DNA of 64,000 nucleotides, taken from assembly GCA_963783575.1 (NCBI GenBank), contig CAWAOD010000004.1:224001-288000 (forward strand). The letters are read 5' to 3'. The notes beneath the pieces are model-generated. The model was given only the letters and a program-made list of their open reading frames with translations, did no database searches and was not told where the DNA came from. This document shows, piece after piece, positions 21,886-33,022 of the stretch. The translations under genes and the position numbers were made by a program. Source of the stretch: an uncultured Spirochaetota bacterium (GTDB lineage: Bacteria > Spirochaetota > Brevinematia > Brevinematales > JAOACQ01). Numbering within the stretch: the first letter of the stretch is position 1; each line of letters starts with the position of its first letter.

Positions 21886-24001
21886 ATCCGCACCCCTTCT
21901 TTAAACAGGTTAATTTAATTTTACCTTTTTCTTTCTGCGAAAACAGAGCGCTTCCGCAATTCGGGCAATTGACAGGCTTACCGTTTTCTTCAGCCGGTTT
22001 GATATAGGATACAAATTCACAATTGGGATAATTCACGCAACCGAAAAATGCCCTTCCCTTTTTACTCTTTTTCTGCACAATATACCCGGTTTTACAACTT
22101 GGGCATTTGCCTAGCGGTATCGGCTTTGCGTTTTTACATTCCGGCCAGCCTGAACAAGCTAAAAACAATCCGTATTTCCCTAATTTTTTTACCATTTTTT
22201 TCCCGCATTTTTCGCAAATAATATCTGTTTCTTCGTCAAAACTGCCTTTGATGCTGTCTATATTCTTATAAGCTTTGGCCAGAACCGGATTGAAAGTTGA
22301 ATAAAAATCCTTTACTACTGATTTCCAGACCTTTGAACCGTCTTCAACGTCATCAAGTTCTTCTTCCATACTTGCCGTGAAATTTATATTTATCAATTCC
22401 GGAAAATTTTCAACAAGAAGTTTGTTTACAGCTCTTCCCAAAACTGTAGGCAGAAGACTCCTTGCTTCTTTTTTTACATAATACCGCTTTGTAAGAGTAA
22501 AAACCGTGGGCGCGTATGTTGAAGGCCTGCCTATCCCCATTTCTTCCATAATTTTCACAAGAGATGCGTCTGTGTATCTCGCGGGTGGTTCGGTAAACTT
22601 TTGTTCCTTTATCACCTTAATTGCTTCAAGAATGTCACCGGCTGACAAATTCTGAGGAAGTTCTTTATCCCTGGCTGTTTTTGAATAATCATAAATCCGT
22701 AAAAAACCGTCAAAAATGATTTTAGAACTGACCGCCGTAAGTGTTTTATTTCCGCAGGCAACTTCGATTACGGACTGAGTTGATTCCGATGAGGCCATCT
22801 GTGAAGACACAAAACGCTTCCATATAAGTGAATATAATTTAAATTGTTCGGCAGTGAGGTATTCTTTTATTTCATCGGGTTGATAATCAACATTTGAAGG
22901 CCTGATCGCTTCATGGGCGTCCTGGGAAGTCTTTTTGTTCGAGTAAAAATTTGGACTTTTTGGAAGATACTTTGGGCCGATTTTTTTTGAAATTAATTCC
23001 CTCACCTGTTCAAGAGCAACCGACGAAACTCTTGTCGAATCGGTTCTCATATAAGTTATCAAACCGGTTCGTGTCTTCCCTATATCAATGCCTTCATAAA
23101 GCTGCTGGGCGATAAGCATGGTCTTAATCGACGGATAACCGAAAAGATTGTTCGCAGTTTGCTGCAAAGTGCTGGTTATGAATGGAGCCGATGCATTACG
23201 AAAGGCTGTTTTCTTTTTTATATCTTTAATAATGGAAGTTTCCCGGAGCAATTCCTTTTCCAATTTTACAGCCTGAACTTCATTTGATATTACTGCTTTC
23301 TTCCCGTTGATCTTTACAAGTTCGGCTGAGAATTTCGATTTGTCTTTCTTATAATCAACATTGATCTGCCAGTATTCCATCGGAACAAAAGCTTCGATCT
23401 CATCTTCCCTGTCACAGATCAGCCGGAGAGCAATTGACTGAACCCTGCCGGCCGACAATTTGGATTTAACCTTTTTCCAGAGAAGCGGACTCAATTGATA
23501 GCCGAATATCCTGTCGATTACCCTTCTGCCTTGCTGCGCATTGACAAGTTTTTCATCGATTTTCTCAGGTTTAAAGATCTGGCTTTTAATTTCATTCTCA
23601 GTTATTTCCGTAAATTTAACCCTTGTAATGGGTATTATTCTGTCTTTGATTTTTGGGAATACATTCTTTTCAAAATCATTTTTGATGTGCCAAGCAATTG
23701 CTTCCCCTTCCCTGTCGGGGTCGGATGCAAGAATAACCTCGGAAGCCGATTTTGCCGATTCCCTGAGATCCTTCATCACTTTGTACTTATCCCTCATCAC
23801 AATGTAATCAGGCTCGAAATTATCCAGATTTACACCCATCCTTGATTTGGGCAGATCAATGATATGACCGATTGATGCCTTTACCTCATAATCCCTGCCG
23901 AGATATTTTTTTATGGTTGACGCTTTCGAAGGTGATTCGACGACAACCAGCTTTTTCAATTTTTCTCCCTTAGTTTTTTTAATCTTTTTTTTAGCGCTCA
24001 T
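21866..24001 (-). CDS. topA: DNA topoisomerase I
   Basis: VVESPSKA, ASDPDREGE, SAGRVQS, LITYMRTDS, C-terminal C4 zinc ribbons. Confidence 0.97.
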   Translation of the reverse strand: MSAKKKIKKTKGEKLKKLVVVESPSKASTIKKYLGRDYEVKASIGHIIDLPKSRMGVNLDNFEPDYIVMRDKYKVMKDLRESAKSASEVILASDPDREGEAIAWHIKNDFEKNVFPKIKDRIIPITRVKFTEITENEIKSQIFKPEKIDEKLVNAQQGRRVIDRIFGYQLSPLLWKKVKSKLSAGRVQSIALRLICDREDEIEAFVPMEYWQINVDYKKDKSKFSAELVKINGKKAVISNEVQAVKLEKELLRETSIIKDIKKKTAFRNASAPFITSTLQQTANNLFGYPSIKTMLIAQQLYEGIDIGKTRTGLITYMRTDSTRVSSVALEQVRELISKKIGPKYLPKSPNFYSNKKTSQDAHEAIRPSNVDYQPDEIKEYLTAEQFKLYSLIWKRFVSSQMASSESTQSVIEVACGNKTLTAVSSKIIFDGFLRIYDYSKTARDKELPQNLSAGDILEAIKVIKEQKFTEPPARYTDASLVKIMEEMGIGRPSTYAPTVFTLTKRYYVKKEARSLLPTVLGRAVNKLLVENFPELININFTASMEEELDDVEDGSKVWKSVVKDFYSTFNPVLAKAYKNIDSIKGSFDEETDIICEKCGKKMVKKLGKYGLFLACSGWPECKNAKPIPLGKCPSCKTGYIVQKKSKKGRAFFGCVNYPNCEFVSYIKPAEENGKPVNCPNCGSALFSQKEKGKIKLTCLKKGCGYERMEE

Positions 24002-24173
24002 TTTTTCTCCTGTAGGTAATAATTCCAGCTTATTATTTTAACGGATTATCAAATAATTTCAAATTATACACGAATAGAAGTTTTTTGTAAAAGAATTTTT
24101 ATCAATAATGGAATTGTTGCCTTATAAATTCATTATGATGCAATGGAACAGGGATTGGATTAATGCCGGTTTC

Positions 24174-24581
24174 TTAATTTTTATCTTTCAGGAATGGGAC
24201 ATATTTCATATCGCTTAGCATAATATGCGAATCCCACCAATTCTTCAGCCTATTTTCAATTTCAACCGAATAAGTAAGTGTTACTCTTCTCTTGGCGACA
24301 TCGGCTTCTATCTGTCTTTGAAGCATCCTGAAGGAATTATGCTCTTTGATATGCTCATCTTTCTCCGGGTAGTTATATTTAACAAACAACTGTTCTTCAG
24401 TGGAAAAATGAAGATTTACATATTCCGTTAAAAAATTTGAAAGTCTTATTAATTCCAGCACTTCTGTTCCTTCATAAAATGACAAAAGCAATTTATTTAT
24501 TCTCTCAAAAAGTTCCTGATGCTGATGATCGATCAAACTTATTCCTGTTTCATATTTCTTGTCCCATTCGAATAAATCCAT
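24174..24581 (-). CDS. Bacteriohemerythrin
   Basis: W...Y.TG...ID.QH..L, HF..EE, H...H, W...HI...D. Confidence 0.9.
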   Translation of the reverse strand: MDLFEWDKKYETGISLIDHQHQELFERINKLLLSFYEGTEVLELIRLSNFLTEYVNLHFSTEEQLFVKYNYPEKDEHIKEHNSFRMLQRQIEADVAKRRVTLTYSVEIENRLKNWWDSHIMLSDMKYVPFLKDKN

Positions 24582-24701
24582 AATTTTGTACTCCTAAACC
24601 TAGCTTCTGTTAACAAAAACTTATTTTTAATTATAATTACATTCCCATAAAATTGTAAATAAAATTAATGAAATTTATTTCAAACCAGATCTAATACTAA
24701 T

Positions 24702-24739
24702 ACAGGCACTTCTAAAAACTCATTTTTAGGAGTGCCTGT
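24702..24739. repeat. Short palindromic MITE/REP-like element
   Basis: ACAGGCACTTCTAAAAA-ctca-TTTTTAGGAGTGCCTGT, 17-bp arms with one mismatch. Confidence 0.6.
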
Positions 24740-24784
24740 TTAAATATTGATGAAGTTTTTGTCTTTCTTTCATATACACCTTAA

Positions 24785-24837
24785 GGGCAGTTCCTTTTTA
24801 TTAAAAAACTTGTTTTAATGAGATTTTCGAACTGCCC
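24785..24837. repeat. Short element with 9-bp terminal inverted repeats
   Basis: GGGCAGTTC ... GAACTGCCC. Confidence 0.4.
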
Positions 24838-24993
24838 ATATATCATAAGATAATGCTCCGAACAGTCTATATTTTTATATAATTTATTTTATTTCAATAA
24901 AAATTTATATAATTAAGCTTTACAATTAAAATGCATTAATTTATAATAGTAAATCTAATTTATAAATTCCAATCATATTATCGGGAGGTTTCT

Positions 24994-25450
24994 ATGCATA
25001 AATTTATTGCCATTTCAATTGCGTTCATTTTATTCACAAGTCTATTATTTGGTACGGAATCAATCACCGAAAATGCGAAAAAGGCAAAAGATATGGTAAA
25101 AAAAGCGGTTAGTTTCCTTAAGAAAAACGGTAAAACAAAAGCTATGAAGGAATTTTCAAACCCTAAGGGACAATTCAGAGACGGAGAATATTATATTTTT
25201 GTGTTTAATTTCGACGGGCTCTGTATTGCCCGCAGTGACGGTAACACCAATTTAATAGGTAAAAATATGATAGATATGCAGGATCCTGATGGAGCATATT
25301 ATATCAGCAATATGATTGTAACCGCTAAACAGGGATCGGGCTGGGTGGATTATAAGCGTTCCAATCCTGTTACAAAAAAGATTGAGCCCAAGAGGCTCAT
25401 ATGTTGAAAAATTTAATGATTTTTGGCTGGGATGCGGGTTTTATAAATAA
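24994..25450 (+). pseudogene. Stand-alone single Cache domain protein, frameshifted near its C-terminus
   Basis: Signal peptide plus KG.F.DGEYYIFV, D.DG, GWVDY...NP; the typical tail SYVEK...LGCGFYK* lies in the +1 frame after ~25396. Confidence 0.75.
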
Positions 25451-25521
25451 AATGATTTCCCGCTTTGGACAACATTAACTCAATATAGATTAATATTTTT
25501 TAAATTTTTCAGGGAATATTT

Positions 25522-27360
25522 ATGGGGGGTCTACATATGAGGTTATTTGATAACCTGTCAATTAATAAAAAGATATTAATCCCGCCAATTTTAGTTTTGC
25601 TATTTATGCTTTTAATCAGTGTTGTTTCCGCAAGCGCTTTAATCAGCCAGATGTCTCTTGCTAATAAGCTTTATAATTTTTATTTTAAAAACTCAAACAA
25701 TGCATCGGATATTATAAAAAGTGTAATACGTATTAATGAAAATTTATACCGTATTATCAGCTGGAATAGCTACAATTTTTATAGTACGGACAAAATAAGC
25801 GAACTTGGCAACCAACAAAAAACCGAGATAGATTCAGTAGTTACAAATTTAAAAAATATTTTATCGTCCGACCTGTTCTTACCTGAAGAGAAAAACGTAT
25901 ATTCCAATACTTTTATTTTATTTGCCAAATACAAGGAAGATGCTTTAACTGTTATTGATATGATAACCGTAGACCCGGCTATGTCGACTATGTATATGAA
26001 TAAAGCAGATAAAACATACCAGCTTTTAAGCAGTAATCTGACAGAGATTCAAAATACTGAAGACAGACTGAGTAAGAACGCCTATAACAATATTAACGCC
26101 AAATCCGTTTCCGGGATTGTGACTTTTTGTGCCATCATTATTCTTTCAATCTTTATTTCTTTGATTTTATCAATGATTATCAGCCGTACCATTATTAAAG
26201 CCATAATGGAATTTACGTCAAAATCCAAGGAAATATCCGATGGAAATCTCAATATTAGTATCCGGTCATCCGGCCAAGACGAATTGGGTAAACTGGCAGA
26301 AAGCTATAACAGCTTTTTAGAGAAATTAAATTCATCAATGACCGTTTTGAATCAAATTTCAGGCATCAATGAAGATATCGCCGAAAAACTTCATTCCAAT
26401 GCCCATAACCTTTCATTACATTGCGAAATGCAGGCAACCAGCAGTGCGGAAATTTCTTCGGCAATGGAAGAATTTAACAGGACTCTGGATCATATCAGTG
26501 AAAATATAAAAAAACAATTTAATACAATCGACACTTCGGCCCAGGCAATACGTGAATTGTATAACGGTATTAAGGAGATTATCGGCAGGATAGAAACTAT
26601 GAAAAAAAGCCTTACCGATAATATTGATACAGCCAATCACGGCAAGAATATTATCCGGGAATCGGCTGAAGATACTGTGAAAATGAACGATTATATAGGT
26701 TTAATTACTATTAAGATTAAAGATGTAGATATTCATACGGAATCAGTCGATAATGTACTGAAGGTAATTAATAATATCTCGGAACAAACTAACATACTGG
26801 CTATGAATGCAGCCATTGAAGCGGCCCATGCAGGTGATTCGGGAAAAGGCTTCGCTATAGTGGCCGCAGAGATCAGAACCCTATCGGAAAGTATTTCATC
26901 ATCTATAAGCAGTATAGCTGAAATCCTTAAAAATATTAAAAGAAGCGTTACAGAAGTCGTAGATATCAGTAAAAATATCGAACATAGCAGTATGGAAAGT
27001 AAAAATAAGGCGGTAAGCTGCGACTCGGCTATTCAAACCATCCTTACTAATATTTCCCAGATTAACCAGGAAATTGATTCCATTTCAGCCATTACCAATC
27101 ATCATGGGGCAAGGACTAATGAAGCTCTGCAGAGTGCCGAAGAACTTAAAAAATTCTCCTTGTCAATCAAAGATGGTATTGAGGAGCAGTCCAAAGGTTC
27201 GAGCCTGATTATGGGTGCAATGAATCATGTTATACAGACAATATCTGAAAACACAAACATGTCCGAAAATCTCGAAGCTTTATCATTAAATATGAAAACC
27301 CAAAGCGGGGAAATACTGCAGCAGGTTTCAAACTACCGCCTAAGAAATGGCAATCGCTAA
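25522..27360 (+). CDS. Methyl-accepting chemotaxis protein (TM-4HB-TM-HAMP-MCP)
   Basis: [37 protein letters not shown]. Confidence 0.95.
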   Translation: MGGLHMRLFDNLSINKKILIPPILVLLFMLLISVVSASALISQMSLANKLYNFYFKNSNNASDIIKSVIRINENLYRIISWNSYNFYSTDKISELGNQQKTEIDSVVTNLKNILSSDLFLPEEKNVYSNTFILFAKYKEDALTVIDMITVDPAMSTMYMNKADKTYQLLSSNLTEIQNTEDRLSKNAYNNINAKSVSGIVTFCAIIILSIFISLILSMIISRTIIKAIMEFTSKSKEISDGNLNISIRSSGQDELGKLAESYNSFLEKLNSSMTVLNQISGINEDIAEKLHSNAHNLSLHCEMQATSSAEISSAMEEFNRTLDHISENIKKQFNTIDTSAQAIRELYNGIKEIIGRIETMKKSLTDNIDTANHGKNIIRESAEDTVKMNDYIGLITIKIKDVDIHTESVDNVLKVINNISEQTNILAMNAAIEAAHAGDSGKGFAIVAAEIRTLSESISSSISSIAEILKNIKRSVTEVVDISKNIEHSSMESKNKAVSCDSAIQTILTNISQINQEIDSISAITNHHGARTNEALQSAEELKKFSLSIKDGIEEQSKGSSLIMGAMNHVIQTISENTNMSENLEALSLNMKTQSGEILQQVSNYRLRNGNR

Positions 27361-27409
27361 ACATGCCGGTCACTGTATCAGTTCTAAAAGTCCCAAACTA
27401 AGGGAACAG

Positions 27410-27435
27410 AGCCTGCACTGAGCTTAGCGAATGTG
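27410..27435. repeat. REP-like short hairpin repeat
   Basis: AGCCTGCACTGAGCTTAGCGAATGTG, similar to the IS-split copy at 37639/39347. Confidence 0.5.
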
Positions 27436-27540
27436 ATGTTCCATGACAGCCACTCTTTATCAAAGAGATTGCCGAATGCCAGTTCGGCAGCGGCAGGATG
27501 CCGCAGGGAGCACGGATGTTCTACGAAAACTTCTCTTTTA

Positions 27541-27945
27541 TTACACAGGCCGCCGAATTTTGTTCGGCGAACGCCACGATGGAGTACAGACCGTACATCC
27601 GGTTATATGCAGGCGAAGTTTATCATTAAACTTCCACATCCTGCCCAGCAGGTATCCTTCTTTCGGCAGTTTGTTTGTGCATACAGGGCAGATTCTTTTG
27701 ATATTTTCAGAAGGTGGGAAGCAAAAAGGGCAGCCGTAAACCAGTACCAGTTTTTCATTACCGAAAGTATAGGCTGAGGTTTTTATTCTTTCTCCCGGTT
27801 CCAACTTTGACCCGCAAACCGGGCATGTTAATTTTTGTTTATTATTATTTTGACCGTTCGAAATTTTTTTGCCTGAAGGAAAAATATTCCTTTTCAGCAA
27901 TGAATAAAGAATTGCTGATATAATCATAATTATAAGAATGAACAT
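27541..27945 (-). CDS. Membrane-anchored zinc-ribbon protein
   Basis: N-terminal TM; CPVC, CPFC, CPVC and CTVC motifs. Confidence 0.7.
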   Translation of the reverse strand: MFILIIMIISAILYSLLKRNIFPSGKKISNGQNNNKQKLTCPVCGSKLEPGERIKTSAYTFGNEKLVLVYGCPFCFPPSENIKRICPVCTNKLPKEGYLLGRMWKFNDKLRLHITGCTVCTPSWRSPNKIRRPV

Positions 27946-27978
27946 CAGAATAGTTTGAATAAATTGCTCTCCCCTATT

Positions 27979-28866
27979 TTATAATTTGATGACTTCCAAT
28001 TTTTTTCTCACAGGAGCCCTGTAATATTTTACACCAGGATAACCCAGAATCATAACTCCTGCCGGCTTTAACCCTTTTGAGATGTTGAATTCCCGCCGTG
28101 CTTTTCCGTTCAGAAGTAATGTTTCATGAGCGACACCGTTCAGACAAGTCCCAAGCCCTAAAGCTTGAGCGGCAAGCATCCCATGGGTAAGCGCTATTCC
28201 CGCATCAACTCCCTCCTGGTGGCCATTAGCGGGAGAACAAAGAATGATAACACATGGCGCGTTATATAAAACAGGATCTTTCCCTCCTTCATAATCATTA
28301 ATAATAGTTTTTATTGAATTATAAAGGCTGTCGGAAAAATATCTTTTCACAGCCTTACCCAGGAAAGGTTTTATTATATTCCTGAATTTTAATAAGATTT
28401 TAACTTTTTTATAAACACTCATAACATAATCTGTTAATTTTCTTATTTTAATTTTATCGGTCACAACCACATAAACTATCGATTGATAGTTGTTTGCAGT
28501 CGGAGCGTATCGCATCGATTCAAGGACTTTACCTATTAGATCATCGCTGACAGGCTTGTCATTATACCTCCTCATCGATCTGCGGAACCTGATAAATCTC
28601 TGGAACTCTTCATATCCGGTTGAGCAGGAGTCAATTTCTTCACCGGTAAGACGCAGCGGTTCTTCTTCAGATTCAAATAAAACTGCGTCAGCCGGGCAGG
28701 CTGCAATACAATGCCCGCATTCTGTGCATTTATCATACGGATCATAATAATCCACTGCTGCTTTCCCGGATTCAACTATACTTTCAACAAAAAGTCTCGT
28801 AAGACATTCCTGGACACATATCATACAGCCAGTGCATAATTCGCGATTAATTCCCTCAATTTTCAT
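27979..28866 (-). CDS. Nitroreductase family protein with an N-terminal 2x[4Fe-4S] ferredoxin
   Basis: CTGCMICVQEC, CTECGHCIAACP, RRSMRRY, APTANN.Q, GLGTC. Confidence 0.92.
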   Translation of the reverse strand: MKIEGINRELCTGCMICVQECLTRLFVESIVESGKAAVDYYDPYDKCTECGHCIAACPADAVLFESEEEPLRLTGEEIDSCSTGYEEFQRFIRFRRSMRRYNDKPVSDDLIGKVLESMRYAPTANNYQSIVYVVVTDKIKIRKLTDYVMSVYKKVKILLKFRNIIKPFLGKAVKRYFSDSLYNSIKTIINDYEGGKDPVLYNAPCVIILCSPANGHQEGVDAGIALTHGMLAAQALGLGTCLNGVAHETLLLNGKARREFNISKGLKPAGVMILGYPGVKYYRAPVRKKLEVIKL

Positions 28867-28977
28867 AGATTACACTTCTCCTTTATCAATTTTTTATTGA
28901 TAAAAAATAGAATTTTATCTAACAAGAGAGGTTTTCAGAAAATAAATTTTATGATGGAACTTCACAATTTCAAGAGA

Positions 28978-29370
28978 TTATTTTATCCCTGAAAGCATTA
29001 CAAGCAGCCCGCCTGCTGAAAATGCCGTTATCCACCAAAAATATGCAACTGTAGAATAAATGTGCAGATTCTTCGGGATTTCTGCATTTAAACCCTTTCT
29101 CTTTCTTTGAAGCTGTAGCAGAATAACATCTCCAAGCATTGCCATTAAAGCGGTATAACCCAGAATTCCATGGGGCGTAATTGACATATTCCTGGAGACC
29201 AAAATCATAAAAACTGTTGCCGTAAAATCAAAAAATACTCCGGCGGTAAAAAATCCAAGAACTTTGTAAGACAAAATACGTGATCTGCACTCTAAATAAT
29301 AAGCCAGAGTATACAGAATAAAAGCGGCAGAAACAATTGACATCCCAATAATCAACAGCATATTCAACAA
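28978..29370 (-). CDS. Small membrane protein (HsmA/TIGR03987-like)
   Basis: YT, G..FD.TAT..M, HG..G..AL..M motifs. Confidence 0.6.
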   Translation of the reverse strand: MLNMLLIIGMSIVSAAFILYTLAYYLECRSRILSYKVLGFFTAGVFFDFTATVFMILVSRNMSITPHGILGYTALMAMLGDVILLQLQRKRKGLNAEIPKNLHIYSTVAYFWWITAFSAGGLLVMLSGIK

Positions 29371-29695
29371 AAGAAAGTTTCCTCCGGAATAATCTTTACT
29401 TAATCAGAATTATTCCCGCCGTATTTTCGAAATTTAGCAGGATGATCTAAATATATTTTTAATCCTGATTTTAACTGCCAGCAATTTAATATTGACTAAT
29501 ATTTTATTATTAGTTAAAATTATGAATCGGTAATATCAAAATTTCAATAATTATGGAAATATATTATAATTTATATAGAAATCAATCCTTTGATCAATAT
29601 TGAATTCTTACTTTCGAAATAACTTTTTTATTCATTTCTTATAACCGCAAATTTAGTGAAAAAATTTTAATCCCGGATATAAAGGAGATTACATT

Positions 29696-30925
29696 ATGAA
29701 TGAAATGAATTCTCAGGAAACTGCTTTTAAAGTATATGGATACCGCTGGATAATTCTTACCGTTTTTATGCTGATAAACCTGATTATACAGATTCAATGG
29801 ATTTCATATGCCCCCATTACTAAAGAGTCGGCTATTTTCTACAGGGTTTCTGACCTGAACATCGGCTTTCTTGCAATGTCATTTATGATAGTTTATATAC
29901 CGTTATCAATCCCCGTTTCCTGGGTAATCGATTCTATCGGTTTTCATTTCGCCGTCGGAATTGGAGCTGTATTGATGGGAATCTTCGGTATTATAAGGGG
30001 TTTATCCGGCTCTAATTATACGCTGGCTTTATTGAGTACAATCGGTATTGCAGTCTCTCAGCCTTTCCTTCTCAACGCGTGGACCAAGGTACCGGCAAAA
30101 TGGTTCCCGGAAAAAGAACGTGCCACAGCGGTCGGCCTGATTACCCTTTCCAGCCTGATCGGCGTTGCTCTTGGTATGATTTTATCGCCTGTTCTTATTA
30201 AAATGATATCTATTCCGGGAATACAGCTGATTTATGGGATTATTGCAGCGCTATTCGCTGTTCTTTTCATTATCTTTGCAAGAGAAAATCCGCCTACGCC
30301 TCCATGCAAATTAGGGTTTGAAGAACGTGCCCTGATGTTTGACGGGCTGAAAAACGCCCTGATGAATAGATCATTTCTTCTTTACCTTTTTATATTCTTC
30401 ATTGGAATGGGTATTTTTAACGGAATTACCACCTGGATAGAGGATATCATTCATCTGCGCAGTTTCGGCCCCGGGGAAGCGGGATTGCTTGGCGCCTTAC
30501 TTCTAATCGGAGGTATTATCGGCGCAGTTATAATTCCATCCATTTCAGACAAACAGCAGAAAAGAAAACGTTTCCTTCTAATCGGCATTCTACTCTCAAT
30601 TCCGGGACTATTAGGCCTGACTTTTGCCCATAGTTTCTGGCTTATTTCCCTTTCAACATTCCTGCTTGGTTTTTTCCTGGTTTCGGTCAGTCCGGTCGGT
30701 ATGCAGTATGCCGCTGAAATAACCAATCCAACTCCTGAAGGGACATCTAATGGGCTGGTTCAGCTTTTCGGCCAGGGGTCGGTTGTTTTTGTTTTCATTA
30801 TGGAAGCTTTAAAAACTAAGGAAGGTTCTTTTACCCCATCCCTGCTTCTTGCTGCCGGTTTATTGCTTGTAAGCGCCATTATTGCGGCACAGCTTAAGGA
30901 ACCGAATTTGAAGTTAGAAAAATGA
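29696..30925 (+). CDS. MFS transporter
   Basis: About 12 TMs; YRW, WFP.KERA.A.G. Confidence 0.9.
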   Translation: MNEMNSQETAFKVYGYRWIILTVFMLINLIIQIQWISYAPITKESAIFYRVSDLNIGFLAMSFMIVYIPLSIPVSWVIDSIGFHFAVGIGAVLMGIFGIIRGLSGSNYTLALLSTIGIAVSQPFLLNAWTKVPAKWFPEKERATAVGLITLSSLIGVALGMILSPVLIKMISIPGIQLIYGIIAALFAVLFIIFARENPPTPPCKLGFEERALMFDGLKNALMNRSFLLYLFIFFIGMGIFNGITTWIEDIIHLRSFGPGEAGLLGALLLIGGIIGAVIIPSISDKQQKRKRFLLIGILLSIPGLLGLTFAHSFWLISLSTFLLGFFLVSVSPVGMQYAAEITNPTPEGTSNGLVQLFGQGSVVFVFIMEALKTKEGSFTPSLLLAAGLLLVSAIIAAQLKEPNLKLEK

Positions 30926-30959
30926 ATGGAATCGAAATCAGGGTCAAGCAGAATGCTTG

Positions 30960-32933
30960 TTACATGTTCTCAAGATGATGCTGATATTTTTCCTCAAGAT
31001 ATTTTCTTTTAACTTTTAAAGTCTGGGTCAATTCTTCACCGACCGTGAAATTCTTCTTCAATATTATGAAATCCCTGATCTGTTCGAATGTCTTGAAGCC
31101 GTTTTCCCTGTTGATCAAACGTTTTATTTCTTTTCTAATTTCAGTCACAATCCTGCTATTACGAATTATGTCCTCGCCTTTTGAAATCATTTCATCCCAG
31201 GATATTTTCCACTTTTCCGCAAAGTGCCTGATTTTTTCCTCGTTAATGGCTATAAGGGCTACCAGCCATTTTTTATCCTGTCCCATGACTACCGCATGCT
31301 CTATAAAAATTGATTCTTCAAGTTTTTCCTCGATCGGTTCCGGTTCGATATTTTCTCCGCCGATCAGAACAATCGTGCTTTTTGCCCTGCCGGTGATCGT
31401 ATAATCGCCGCTTACACTTGCAATACCGATATCTCCGGTATTGATCCACCCGTCACCGGATAAAACGGCCGCTGTTGCTTCGGGATTCTTGTAATATCCT
31501 TTCATAACCTGCGGACCCCTAATATGAATCAAACCTTTCTCTCCAAATTCCGCCGGCTCACCATTTTCATTTATAATCCTAACTTCCGTATCATCAATCG
31601 GTATGCCGATTGAGCCAATGGTATTTCTGCCGAGCCTTCTAGTAATCGTCCCGGGGGAAGTTTCCGTCATTCCATATGCATTTACAAGGGTTATACCTAC
31701 CGTGTTAAAAAAAAGATCCACATAAGGCGGCAGCGATCCGCCGCCCGAAAATGAGGCCCTCAAATTTCCTCCCATAATATCACGGATCGGTTTGAATACC
31801 TTCCTCGATAATAGGTAAAAAGGTTTCAGTATAAATATCAGAAGCTTATTAAGCATCCTTGTTATGAATGTACTAAGCGGATTCATTTTTTTGTATGATA
31901 AAATATAACCGTTGATTTTGTTCTGAGCAAGGAAACATAAGCTGCCGATTTTCAGGAAGCTGTTGAAAAGCATTTTCTTTATAACAGACTGTTTTTCAAT
32001 CTTGTCCATTATCTTGTTGTAAAACGACTCCCAGACCCTCGGGACTGAAGCTACTATCGTTGGCTTTTCACTGGCAAGGTCTTCCGTCAGGCTTTTAATG
32101 CTTGAATAAACAAGAGTCATTCCACTGGCTCCTGTGCAGTATTCGAAAGTTCTTTCATATACATGCCAGCTTGGCAGGATTGAGATTGTTTTTTCGCAAT
32201 TGTTAATATCAACCCCAAGCAGCGGACTGAGGGCTTTAACATTACTCAGAAAGTTTCCGTTTGTCAGCATAACCCCTTTCGGATTACCCGAAGTCCCGGA
32301 TGTGTAAATGATTGTCGCGATGTCCTCATGCTGTATGTTGTTAGCTTTTTCATTGATATATCCTGGGCCGTCTTCTAGAATTTTTTTCCCCAAAGAAATA
32401 AGTTCATTGTAATAAATTATCTTTTTCTTTAATATACTATATTCAGTTCTGTTGAGTATATTCATACCGCCGGTGCCTGGTATATTTTCATCCATTATAA
32501 AAATCTTATTTATTTGAAGGAATTCATTTTCTCTGAATTCGCTCAAAAATTGCGAAAGTCTTTCTAAATTTTCCATTATTAAAAATCTCGAATCGGAATG
32601 CTGATAGATAAACTTCTGTTCGACAGGAGTCGTATCGGAGCCCCTGGGTACAGAAACCGCCCCGATCGAGAGAAGGGCATAGTCGGTCATTGCCCATTCA
32701 TAGCGGTTATCGCTGAAAAAAGCCGCATGACTCCCTTTATCAACACCTGAAGAACAAAATCCTGCCGCAAGCATCCGTACACTTCCGTAAAATTCCTTCC
32801 ATGTCCTTGTAACAAAGCCTTCAGAAGTTCTGAATTTATGTGAGACTCTTTCCGGGAAAATTTTCGCATTCCTGGAGATGATCTCGAATAGGTTATTGTA
32901 AGTCAGATATAGTTCCATTAACAACCTCCGCAT
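30960..32933 (-). CDS. Long-chain fatty acid-CoA ligase (AMP-binding)
   Basis: IIYTSGTSGNPKGVML, YGMTET, GW..TGD, GENIEP. Confidence 0.92.
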   Translation of the reverse strand: MRRLLMELYLTYNNLFEIISRNAKIFPERVSHKFRTSEGFVTRTWKEFYGSVRMLAAGFCSSGVDKGSHAAFFSDNRYEWAMTDYALLSIGAVSVPRGSDTTPVEQKFIYQHSDSRFLIMENLERLSQFLSEFRENEFLQINKIFIMDENIPGTGGMNILNRTEYSILKKKIIYYNELISLGKKILEDGPGYINEKANNIQHEDIATIIYTSGTSGNPKGVMLTNGNFLSNVKALSPLLGVDINNCEKTISILPSWHVYERTFEYCTGASGMTLVYSSIKSLTEDLASEKPTIVASVPRVWESFYNKIMDKIEKQSVIKKMLFNSFLKIGSLCFLAQNKINGYILSYKKMNPLSTFITRMLNKLLIFILKPFYLLSRKVFKPIRDIMGGNLRASFSGGGSLPPYVDLFFNTVGITLVNAYGMTETSPGTITRRLGRNTIGSIGIPIDDTEVRIINENGEPAEFGEKGLIHIRGPQVMKGYYKNPEATAAVLSGDGWINTGDIGIASVSGDYTITGRAKSTIVLIGGENIEPEPIEEKLEESIFIEHAVVMGQDKKWLVALIAINEEKIRHFAEKWKISWDEMISKGEDIIRNSRIVTEIRKEIKRLINRENGFKTFEQIRDFIILKKNFTVGEELTQTLKVKRKYLEEKYQHHLENM

Positions 32934-33022
32934 CGGGAAATATATAATAATTTATATTTTTGTTTTTTAACATTAAGGTATTCTACCAGAAAGAAGAATT
33001 AATGTAAATAAAAAAGAATAGT

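Noticed and set aside
25402..25407. TGT-TGA read as a selenocysteine codon
   Set aside because: A one-base frameshift restores the canonical Cache tail, which explains it more simply
27433..27777. Plus-strand ORFs of 114 and 98 aa
   Set aside because: Antisense shadows of the zinc-ribbon gene
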